Of a stretch of DNA of 17,326 nucleotides, positions 1 through 7,316 are shown in pieces. Where the stretch lies: contig CBDHEC010000042.1 of NCBI GenBank assembly GCA_965261975.1, forward strand, positions 1 through 17,326, in the 5' to 3' direction. Within the stretch, counting starts at the first letter, position 1. Each line of letters opens with the position of its first letter. A program made the translations under genes and the position numbers. Under the pieces are notes generated by a model, which was given only the letters and a program-made list of their open reading frames with translations, did no database searches and was not told the DNA's origin. This DNA is from Alphaproteobacteria bacterium (lineage in GTDB: Bacteria; Pseudomonadota; Alphaproteobacteria; UBA6615).

Positions 1-16
1 CAACAATTCGTGCCAT
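1..16 (-). CDS. lysC: Probable 5' end of aspartate kinase (partial, runs off left edge)
   Basis: Minus strand reads GGAAGAGACC-ATG GCA CGA ATT GTT G = MARIV, matching the typical alphaproteobacterial LysC start (MARIVxKFGGTS). lysC is commonly divergent from ubiG in this class. Only 5 codons are visible. Confidence 0.65.
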
Positions 17-102
17 GGTCTCTTCCATTACGCCCATCACAAGCTCACATATAGGCGCACAGGACATGCGGCGAAGGCGCAATCGGTGCCTGCGGCGCCA
101 GC

Positions 103-131
103 TTGTGATGTAAAGGCGGCGTATCCATACT
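103..131 (+). promoter_or_regulatory. Putative sigma70 promoter for ubiG
   Basis: TTGTGA (103-108), 17 nt, CATACT (126-131), about 70 nt upstream of the ubiG ATG. Confidence 0.35.
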
Positions 132-152
132 CAGCCCCAACCCCGCTTGCAA
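124..152 (-). promoter_or_regulatory. Putative sigma70 promoter for lysC
   Basis: TTGCAA (152-147), 17 nt, TATGGA (129-124) on the minus strand. The -35 lies in the centre of the 12-bp palindrome CGCTTGCAAGCG (144-155). Confidence 0.4.
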
Positions 153-201
153 GCGTCGCGGGGCCCGATCGAAATAAGAGAATGACGAAAGCAACGACCC
201 A

Positions 202-957
202 ATGACGGACCAGACCAGCGCCCCAGATTCCCGCGATCCGGCTGAGTTGAAGAAGTTCCGCCGCATGGCGGCGGAATGGTGGGATCCGACGGGCAAGTTT
301 AAGCCGCTACACCGGTTCAACCCGGTGCGCCTCGAATATATCCGCGACCGGGCATGCGAGCATTTCGGCCGCGACAAGCATTCGACCCGCCCGCTCGACG
401 GGCTCAGCCTCGTCGATGTGGGATGCGGCGGCGGTCTCTTGTGCGAACCCATGGCACGTCTGGGTGCGAAGGTGACCGGGATCGACGCCGTCGCTCAGAA
501 TGTTGAAATCGCGTCTCTGCATGCCGCTGAATCAGACCTGGACATCGACTACCGGGCGACGACCGCCGAAGAGCTGCTTGCTGACGGTGCGAGCTTCGAT
601 ATCGTGCTCAGCATGGAAGTGGTCGAGCATGTGGCCAACCCGGCGAGCTTCCTCGGGGATTGCGCCCGGCTGGTAGCACCCGGCGGGCTGACCTTCGCCG
701 CGACCCTGAACCGAACACCGAAGGCGTTCGCACTGGCGATCGTCGGTGCGGAATACGTCATGCGCTGGCTCCCGCGCGGGACCCATAACTGGCGCAAATT
801 CGTCAAACCGTCGGAAATGGTCAACGGGCTGGAAGCCGGCGGAATCGAAATGCTGGAACTGACAGGCGTGGTCTTCAACCCGCTCACGGGCATTTGGTCA
901 CGCAACCGCTCGGATATGGATGTGAACTATATGGGGGTGGGCTGCCGCCACGCCTGA
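202..957 (+). CDS. ubiG: Ubiquinone biosynthesis O-methyltransferase UbiG
   Basis: 251 aa. Contains [31 protein letters not shown] motif [22 protein letters not shown] and [13 protein letters not shown]. Confidence 0.97.
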   Translation: MTDQTSAPDSRDPAELKKFRRMAAEWWDPTGKFKPLHRFNPVRLEYIRDRACEHFGRDKHSTRPLDGLSLVDVGCGGGLLCEPMARLGAKVTGIDAVAQNVEIASLHAAESDLDIDYRATTAEELLADGASFDIVLSMEVVEHVANPASFLGDCARLVAPGGLTFAATLNRTPKAFALAIVGAEYVMRWLPRGTHNWRKFVKPSEMVNGLEAGGIEMLELTGVVFNPLTGIWSRNRSDMDVNYMGVGCRHA

Positions 958-960
958 GCG

Positions 961-1389
961 CTAGTTCTCGGCGCGCGGTTTCACCCAGGGCAGCTTGCCG
1001 ACGGGGACACCTTCTTCGGCCAGTTCCTTGGCGTCCTCATCGGAGGCGTTGCCGTAGATCGGGCGTTCGTCGGCCTCACCGTAATAGATCTTCCGCGCTT
1101 CCTCGGTGAAATCATCGCCCACATCGTCGAAGTTCGTTTCGACATATTCGCGGACTTCGCCGAGCATCTTCTTGAGCTTCTTGGCCTGCTCCGCCTTCTC
1201 GGTGCGCGTCGCGCGAACCGTGTCCTTGGCGCCAACAACCGGCGCCATCAGTGATTTGGAAACGTCGGTGTCGCCGCATAACGGGCATTCAACCAGCTTT
1301 TTCCCGACCTGACGGTCAAAGTCCGCCGAATTACGGAACCACCCTTCGAATTCGTGGTCATTCTTGCAGATCAGATTAAAGCTAATCAT
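961..1389 (-). CDS. DUF1178 family protein
   Basis: 142 aa. Contains N-terminal LIC..DHEFEGWF, CPLCG....SKSLMAP and C-terminal VGDDFTEEARKIYYGE...RPIYG. Convergent with ubiG, as is usual for this family. Confidence 0.92.
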   Translation of the reverse strand: MISFNLICKNDHEFEGWFRNSADFDRQVGKKLVECPLCGDTDVSKSLMAPVVGAKDTVRATRTEKAEQAKKLKKMLGEVREYVETNFDDVGDDFTEEARKIYYGEADERPIYGNASDEDAKELAEEGVPVGKLPWVKPRAEN

Positions 1390-1499
1390 CCCGAACGGTC
1401 TCTGCGGTTACGTATCGGCGCATGCCGACGTGAAAGAGTACGAAGGCCCAAGAATTGGTGCTATTCGAGAGAAAATACAAGCCTCAATCGAGCACGGCA

Positions 1500-2018
1500 A
1501 TGGCATCAGACAACCCGGCATCTCCCTGGATTACCCGCTTTTCGCGACAAGCGACCGGCCCGGTCCTTGATGTTGCGTGCGGCTCGGGCCGTCACACGCG
1601 CTTGTTTCTGGCGCTGGGTCTAGATGTGACCGCCCTCGACCGGGATATCTCACGATTGGGCGATATCGCAGACCATCCAGGGCTGACCGCTCTCGAGACC
1701 GACCTCGAAACCGGCGCAGATGCCTGGCGCCCTTCCCCGCAAGCCTATGGAACAGTGGTGGTGACCAACTATCTCTGGCGGCCGCTCTTGCCGGCGCTGG
1801 TCGACGCGATCGCGCCCGGCGGCATGCTGCTCTACGAAACATTCGCGCTGGGAAATGAAAAATACGGAAAGCCCTCAAACCCGGACTTCCTGCTGGCGCC
1901 CGACGAGTTGAAGAACGCGGTCGAAGGGGTGCTGGACGTCGTCGCCTATGAACATGGCGAGATCGCCGACCCCCATCCGGCCGTCATCCAACGTATTTGT
2001 GCGTTAAGGGCCCCCTGA
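1500..2018 (+). CDS. Class I SAM-dependent methyltransferase (TehB-like), 172 aa
   Basis: Contains SPWITRF, VLDVACGSGRH, VVVTNYLWRP and LLYETF...GKPSNPDFLL. ATG at 1500 is preferred over the upstream TTG at 1455. Confidence 0.88.
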   Translation: MASDNPASPWITRFSRQATGPVLDVACGSGRHTRLFLALGLDVTALDRDISRLGDIADHPGLTALETDLETGADAWRPSPQAYGTVVVTNYLWRPLLPALVDAIAPGGMLLYETFALGNEKYGKPSNPDFLLAPDELKNAVEGVLDVVAYEHGEIADPHPAVIQRICALRAP

Positions 2019-2039
2019 AAGGGCGCGCCGGTAAACCGG

Positions 2040-2300
2040 TCAGGAAAGACCAAGCATGGAATCGAGCTTGCCGGCCGATTCAAGCGCGTAGAGGTCATCG
2101 CAGCCGCCCACATGCGTGTCGTCGATGAATATCTGCGGCACCGTGTGTTTTCCGTTCGCGCGCGCCATCATTTCATCGCGCTTGCCGCTGGAGAAACTGA
2201 CATCGGTTTCCTCGAAATCGACACCCTTCTGTTTCAGCAAGCGCTTCGCCGCGGAGCAAAAGCCGCACATCATGCCCGTGTAGATCTCAACCTTCGCCAT
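2040..2300 (-). CDS. grxC: Glutaredoxin 3
   Basis: 86 aa. CGFC active site, TVPQIFI and GGCDDL. SD AAGGGGA upstream. Confidence 0.96.
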   Translation of the reverse strand: MAKVEIYTGMMCGFCSAAKRLLKQKGVDFEETDVSFSSGKRDEMMARANGKHTVPQIFIDDTHVGGCDDLYALESAGKLDSMLGLS

Positions 2301-2408
2301 AACGACAGTCCCCTTCTTCTCTGTGACCCATTATCTAGGGAACCAGTGACCGCTTGACCAGAGGGCGCGAGAACCAACGGTTCACAACGGTGTCATCACG
2401 AAAACCAC

Positions 2409-3194
2409 CTAGCGGGGTCGTTCGACCCGCGCAAGCACCAGCGCGTCCACGGCCGCCGCACCCGCACGCAACAGCGTTGCCGCGCAGGCATCGAGGGTGG
2501 CGCCGGTCGTGAAGACATCGTCGACCAGCAATATCCGGGCACCGGCAACCGCATCGAAATGCTTCGGGTTGAGCGAAAACGCGCCGCGCACATTGCGGCG
2601 GCGCTCCGCCGCGTTGAGCCCCGCCTGGCGCGGCGTCGCGCGGTCACGGGCCAGCAGGTCAAGGCACGGGGCCGGCGCGCCGCCGGTGGTTTTTGCAATC
2701 GCCTGGGCCAGCAATCCGGACTGGTTGAAGCGTCGCCGCCAAAGGCGCATGCGATGCAGGGGCACCGGCGTGATCAGATTCGCATCTGCGATCAGATCGC
2801 GGCCTGCGCGGGTGAGCCAGCCCCCCAATGCCGGTGCCGCATGGGTGCGGTCGCGATATTTGAGGCCGGTTACGAGATTGCGGCTGACATCATTATAGAC
2901 GAACACCGCGCGGACCCGGTCGATCCGCGGCCGGTCCCGCAAGCATGCGCCGCACAGCGCATCCAGGCCGTGATCGAACTCGAATGGCGTGCCACAGGCC
3001 GCACAAAGCGGTGCCGAGACAAATACCGCGCGCTCCCAGCAGGCGTGGCACAAGGTCCCGGGCGCAGACACCAGCGCATCGCAGGCCAGGCATTGTGGCG
3101 GCAACAATATGTCGAGCGATTGCCGCGCGGCCTGCAGGGCCGGCCGCACAACCACCGCGGCGACGTCTCGTTTATGGTCCGGATGGTTCAGCAT
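2409..3194 (-). CDS. comF: ComF family protein (double zinc ribbon plus phosphoribosyltransferase domain)
   Basis: Four CxxC motifs (CLAC, CHAC, CAAC, CGAC), PVPLH..RL.RRRFNQS, ERRRNVRGAF and the PRPP loop LLVDDVFTTGAT. Exact start is uncertain. Confidence 0.93.
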   Translation of the reverse strand: MLNHPDHKRDVAAVVVRPALQAARQSLDILLPPQCLACDALVSAPGTLCHACWERAVFVSAPLCAACGTPFEFDHGLDALCGACLRDRPRIDRVRAVFVYNDVSRNLVTGLKYRDRTHAAPALGGWLTRAGRDLIADANLITPVPLHRMRLWRRRFNQSGLLAQAIAKTTGGAPAPCLDLLARDRATPRQAGLNAAERRRNVRGAFSLNPKHFDAVAGARILLVDDVFTTGATLDACAATLLRAGAAAVDALVLARVERPR

Positions 3195-3292
3195 GAGCTT
3201 TTATCTGGCCGGAAACTCTTATTCGGAGTCAATTGCCGCCGATTTCGCAGCCCCCGCTTTGCCCTCGGCGTGGGCCATGCCATATAGATTTC

Positions 3293-4237
3293 ATGAGCGG
3301 ACCCATGGATATCTTCGATCGGACACTCCTGCGCCAGCGCCGGTCGCGCGCAGCACCGGATTTCGCCGCCCATGATTTCCTGTTTCGCGAAATCGCCGAA
3401 CGGCTCGCCGAACGCACCGCCGATGTCCGCCGGGACTTCGACATTGCCCTCGACTGGGGTGGTCGCACGGGGCTTTTTGCCGACGCTGCCCAACGACAGG
3501 CACCGGGAAAAATCGGCCGGATGGTCCACAGTGAAATCTCTTTCGATCTGGCCCACGCCGGCCGGCGGACCCATGGCAACCCGACCATCGTCGCCGACGA
3601 GGAGGCCCTGCCCTTCGCCGATCACAGTTTCGATCTGGTGGTCAGCACCGGCACACTCCACGCGGTGAACGACGTACCCGGGGCGCTGGCGCAGATCCAG
3701 CGGGCGCTGAAGCCGGACGGCCTGTTTCTGGGCGCCCTGCTCGGCGGCGAGACCCTTCACGAACTCCGCACCGCCTGGCTGGCCGCCGAAGCTGAAATCG
3801 AGGGCGGTGCCAGCCCCCGAGTCGCGCCATTCGCGGAACTGGCCGACGCCGCGGGCCTTCTGCAACGCGCCGGATTCGCGCTCCCCGTGGCCGACCTCGA
3901 CCCCATCGAGGTGACCTACGAACACCCGCTAAAGCTGATGCACGATCTGCGCGGGATGGCGGAGACGAACATCCGCCGTGATCGGCGGCGCACACCGACG
4001 CGGCGCGAGACGCTTTTCCGGACGGCGGAAATCTATGGCGAACGTTTCGCCGGACCCGACAACCGAATTCCCGCCACGTTCGAGCTTTTCTTTCTCACCG
4101 GCTGGGCGCCCGATGCCAGCCAGCCCAAGCCGCTGCGTCCCGGCAGCGCGGAGACGCGCCTGGCGGACGCGCTGGAAACGGTCGAGCAGGCCTCCGGAGA
4201 GGCCGCCAACCCGCACCCGAACAAGGAACAGGGCTGA
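3293..4237 (+). CDS. NDUFAF5/BioC-like SAM-dependent methyltransferase-fold protein, 314 aa
   Basis: Contains IFDR.LLR.RR.RAA...HDFL, VADEEALPF...SFDLVVS, GGETLHELR, GGASPRVAPF, LLQRAGFALPVAD, LMHDLRGMAE and W.P..SQPKPLRPGSA. Divergent from comF. Start is ATG 3293 (alternative 3305). Confidence 0.9.
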   Translation: MSGPMDIFDRTLLRQRRSRAAPDFAAHDFLFREIAERLAERTADVRRDFDIALDWGGRTGLFADAAQRQAPGKIGRMVHSEISFDLAHAGRRTHGNPTIVADEEALPFADHSFDLVVSTGTLHAVNDVPGALAQIQRALKPDGLFLGALLGGETLHELRTAWLAAEAEIEGGASPRVAPFAELADAAGLLQRAGFALPVADLDPIEVTYEHPLKLMHDLRGMAETNIRRDRRRTPTRRETLFRTAEIYGERFAGPDNRIPATFELFFLTGWAPDASQPKPLRPGSAETRLADALETVEQASGEAANPHPNKEQG

Positions 4238-5079
4238 TGCCAATTACGTTGTTCACCTCCCTCGGCACCGCCTACCGCTTTTTGTGGACCGAACGCCGCG
4301 ACCTGTTCGCCTATGCCTTCCTGCCCGTGCTGCTGGTTTCGTTCGTACAGATCGCCGGGCTTTGGGCCACCGGCGACTGGCAGCTTCAATACGAAGCCGC
4401 GACGCCGCCTCCCGCCGAACCGGGCGCACCGCAGATCACGATTAATCTCGACGATGTCGACCAAACCCAGCTGATGGCATTCATCGCGAACGGCGTGGCG
4501 GCCTTCGTCGCCTATGTGATGTTCGCGGTCGCCTGGTTCCGACGCTACCTGATCGGCCCCGAGGGCATGACCGTGGGCGCGGCCATGCGCTGGGGACCAC
4601 GCCAGTGGCGGTTCATCTCGCGGTTTTTCATGCTCGTCGGCCTGGTCATGCTCCTAGGGTTCCTGATCCAGGGCCCGATCAGTCTCCTCACCTCGATCAA
4701 CCCGACCCTCGGGATATTCGGACGCGCCGCGATCGTTGTCGGGACGCTGCTGGTCACGGCCCGGTTACTGCTGGTCCTGCCGGCCGCCGCAGTCGACCAG
4801 CGTTTCGGGTTTCGCGATGCCGGGAACGCGACCCGCGGCAAGAGCTGGTACATGCTGGGCATCTACCTGTTTTCCCTCCTGCCGGCGCTGTTCGCGCTGA
4901 TCATCGTCTCCCAGCTCATGGCCGGGTTGGCGATCTCGCTCAGCGGGCCGTCCCTTTCGTTCCTGTTCGTCGTGCTGCTTGTCCAGCAGGCGATCATGTT
5001 CGTGGCCATCGCGTCCCAGGTGACCGCACTGGCCGAGGCGTTCCGCCAGCTGGCGCCGCCGCCGGCCGCGACCAAGTGA
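4237..5079 (+). CDS. Multi-pass membrane protein, paralog 1 of 3 (possibly YciC/GPDPase-membrane-domain-like)
   Basis: 280 aa with about 6 hydrophobic segments. ATG overlaps the upstream stop (TGATG). Shares motifs with the next two ORFs. Family assignment is tentative. Confidence 0.85.
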   Translation: MPITLFTSLGTAYRFLWTERRDLFAYAFLPVLLVSFVQIAGLWATGDWQLQYEAATPPPAEPGAPQITINLDDVDQTQLMAFIANGVAAFVAYVMFAVAWFRRYLIGPEGMTVGAAMRWGPRQWRFISRFFMLVGLVMLLGFLIQGPISLLTSINPTLGIFGRAAIVVGTLLVTARLLLVLPAAAVDQRFGFRDAGNATRGKSWYMLGIYLFSLLPALFALIIVSQLMAGLAISLSGPSLSFLFVVLLVQQAIMFVAIASQVTALAEAFRQLAPPPAATK

Positions 5080-5093
5080 GCGGGCGCAAGGGC

Positions 5094-5939
5094 ATGGGCT
5101 ACAAACTTCCCGTCCTCGCGACCATCGCCGACGGCTACCGGTTCCTGGTCTCCCACTTCACCGGCTGGTTCCAGCTTGCCATCCTGCCCCTGGTCATCTG
5201 GGTCGGCCTGAACATCGCCGTCGAGTATGGCTGGCTCGCCGGGGGCAACCTCGGGGTCGGCAGCGACAAGGCGTCCATTGCCTACGTCTTGCTCAACGCG
5301 CCGTTCATCCTCGCCCATGCGGTCATCACGGCGAGCCTCATCATGTATGCCGTGGCGCTCCACAGACTTGTGCTCGGCGCCAACGATCGAACGGGCCCGT
5401 TGGCCTGGCTCGCCTGGCGGGCGCGACACTGGCGCTATGTCGGCCAGGGCATCGTGATCGTGGCCATCATCCTGCTGGGGCTCGTGGTGACGGCCACGTT
5501 CGTGCCCCTCGTCGGCACGGTCGCGGGAACCGCCGGGATCCTCGAATCGGCGGCCGGTCAGGTCACCCTCACCGTGGTCGTCCTCATCCTGTTTGCCGTG
5601 CCGATCGCCCTGCTCTCTTGCATGGTGCTGCCGGCCCTGCCTGCGGCCGCCATCGACGACCATGCGGTCAGCCTCTCCGAGGCCTCGAACCAGGCCAAGG
5701 GCAACCTCTGGCGCATGACGTTCGTTCTTGTGCTCGGCCTGCTGCTGCCGTTCTGGCTGATCGAGCAAGGGATCGGCTTGTTGATCAACCGGTCGATAAC
5801 GGACGTCGGCCTGCCCGAACTGGTGACCCCGATCGTGATCGATTTCATCGGCTTCACGGCGGCCATCGTGCTCTTGTCACTGATCTACCGCCGCCTGCGT
5901 GACCACACGACCCTGCGCGTGGACGTCCCCGAGCAATAG
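5094..5939 (+). CDS. Multi-pass membrane protein, paralog 2 of 3
   Basis: 281 aa from ATG 5094 (MGYKLPV, aligning with MYKLPV of paralog 3). An in-frame GTG at 5076 overlapping the paralog 1 stop is an alternative start. About 6 hydrophobic segments. Confidence 0.85.
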   Translation: MGYKLPVLATIADGYRFLVSHFTGWFQLAILPLVIWVGLNIAVEYGWLAGGNLGVGSDKASIAYVLLNAPFILAHAVITASLIMYAVALHRLVLGANDRTGPLAWLAWRARHWRYVGQGIVIVAIILLGLVVTATFVPLVGTVAGTAGILESAAGQVTLTVVVLILFAVPIALLSCMVLPALPAAAIDDHAVSLSEASNQAKGNLWRMTFVLVLGLLLPFWLIEQGIGLLINRSITDVGLPELVTPIVIDFIGFTAAIVLLSLIYRRLRDHTTLRVDVPEQ

Positions 5940-6022
5940 GCAGACCACTCTCGGCGCTGGACGCTGCCAGCAAGAGTTGTGCTAGCCTTAATTCAGTACC
6001 GCGTTATTGGGGGGAACGACGC

Positions 6023-6907
6023 ATGTACAAGCTACCGGTCTGGCAGACGGTCAAGGACGCCTACGGCTTCACGTTTTCCCAATGGCGCGCCATTCTCAAG
6101 TATGCATTACCGCTCATAATTGTGTGCGTCGTCGGAATAGTCGGTGTCGCCGATGTATTTGCGCAGCCGGGTCACTTCTCGGGCCTCACCTTCGTTGCGG
6201 CTATCGTGATCTATCTCGTTGGCGTCGCGCTTGCGGTCGGTTTCGCCATCGCGATGCATCGTCACTACCTGATTGGTGCCGATTCTCGTGGCTTCCTCGT
6301 GACTCTGTCGTGGGGATCGCGCCAGTGGCGGTTCCTTGGCTGGGCAATTGCTGTCGGTATCGGTGGAGGACTGCTTTCCCTTCTGTTCACGCTTCCGGTC
6401 TTTCGTCTTGTGGCGCCGGGCCTAAACCAATTCTTTGACCCGTTCGCGAGCGGCGCCAGCCTTTGGACCCTTCAATTGATATGGGCGCTGCTCTCTGTCG
6501 GCGCTTGGTTTGTTGTGGTTCTGATCATGGCAGGGGCGCTGATCCGGTTTCCGCTCTACGCAATCGATGCGACACAGGAGACGATCGACCGTGTCGCAGA
6601 TCTCGTGCGGAACAATCGAAGGCGCGTCGGACTGATCTTCCTGTTCGGCGATGCAATTCCGTTCATGGCCTTCGATTTGATTATCGCCTGGATCGCGATC
6701 GAGGCCGGTGCGCCCGAATTCTCACCTGGCGCAGCTGCACAGGCGCAAATGGAGACGGTCTCGCTAGTCACCACTTCACTCCATCTGGCGTCCGGCCTGT
6801 TCTGGCTCGCTGTCACTGCGGTGATGTTGTCGATGATCTATAAACAGCTCAGCGAGAACGTGACGCTGCCGGACAATCCTGCCGCCGCGCCACCCGATCC
6901 CACCTAA
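6023..6907 (+). CDS. Multi-pass membrane protein, paralog 3 of 3
   Basis: 294 aa, G-rich SD (GGGGGGAA) upstream, about 6 hydrophobic segments, same motif order as paralogs 1-2. Stop overlaps the mutT stop. Confidence 0.85.
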   Translation: MYKLPVWQTVKDAYGFTFSQWRAILKYALPLIIVCVVGIVGVADVFAQPGHFSGLTFVAAIVIYLVGVALAVGFAIAMHRHYLIGADSRGFLVTLSWGSRQWRFLGWAIAVGIGGGLLSLLFTLPVFRLVAPGLNQFFDPFASGASLWTLQLIWALLSVGAWFVVVLIMAGALIRFPLYAIDATQETIDRVADLVRNNRRRVGLIFLFGDAIPFMAFDLIIAWIAIEAGAPEFSPGAAAQAQMETVSLVTTSLHLASGLFWLAVTAVMLSMIYKQLSENVTLPDNPAAAPPDPT

Positions 6908-7311
6908 AGCAGATCCTGCAGCTGGGCGACCAGCGGCACGTCGGCCGGTGGCATGGGGTAGTCCCTGAGCGCGTTGGGGCGCACCCAATTGAGCTCCTGG
7001 CCCTCACGCGGCGTGGGCGTGCCCTCCCAGACCCGGCACACGAACAGCGGCATCAGCAGGTGGAAATCGTCATAGGCGTGGCTGGCAAAACCAATCGGCG
7101 CCAGGCAGCTCTCATAGGTGTCGATGCCGAGTTCTTCTTCGAGTTCGCGGATCAGGGCTGCCTCGGGCGTCTCGCCGTCCTGCACCTTGCCGCCGGGAAA
7201 CTCCCAGAGGCCGGCCATGGACTTGCCCTCGGGCCGCCGGGCGAGCAGCACCCGGTCGTCCGCATCGATCAGCGCGACGGCGCTGACCAGCAGGATCGGC
7301 ACGCCGGACAA
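6904..7311 (-). CDS. mutT: 8-oxo-dGTP diphosphatase MutT (Nudix hydrolase)
   Basis: WEFPGGKVQDGETPEAALIRELEEELG Nudix box, FHLLMPLF and YPMPPAD. Start placed at TTG 7311, 9 nt after a GGAG in the last argJ codons; GTG 7302 is an alternative. Confidence 0.92.
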   Translation of the reverse strand: MSGVPILLVSAVALIDADDRVLLARRPEGKSMAGLWEFPGGKVQDGETPEAALIRELEEELGIDTYESCLAPIGFASHAYDDFHLLMPLFVCRVWEGTPTPREGQELNWVRPNALRDYPMPPADVPLVAQLQDLL

Positions 7312-7316
7312 GCCGC

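Noticed and set aside
17-67. In-frame upstream ATG extending LysC by 17 aa, or a leader peptide
   Set aside because: No SD and no Lys/Thr-rich attenuator codon run. The ATG at 16 matches the family N-terminus.
2008-2040. Small hairpins at the convergent methyltransferase/grxC junction as an intrinsic terminator
   Set aside because: Stems are only 4-5 bp and lack a convincing U-tract. The other convergent junctions (957/961, 6904-6907, 13666/13675) also lack terminators, which is ordinary for compact Rho-dependent genomes.
4605-5075. N-terminal extension of the 444-aa ORF 4605..5939
   Set aside because: Arg/Pro-rich off-frame reading of paralog 1. Homology to paralog 3 begins only at ATG 5094.
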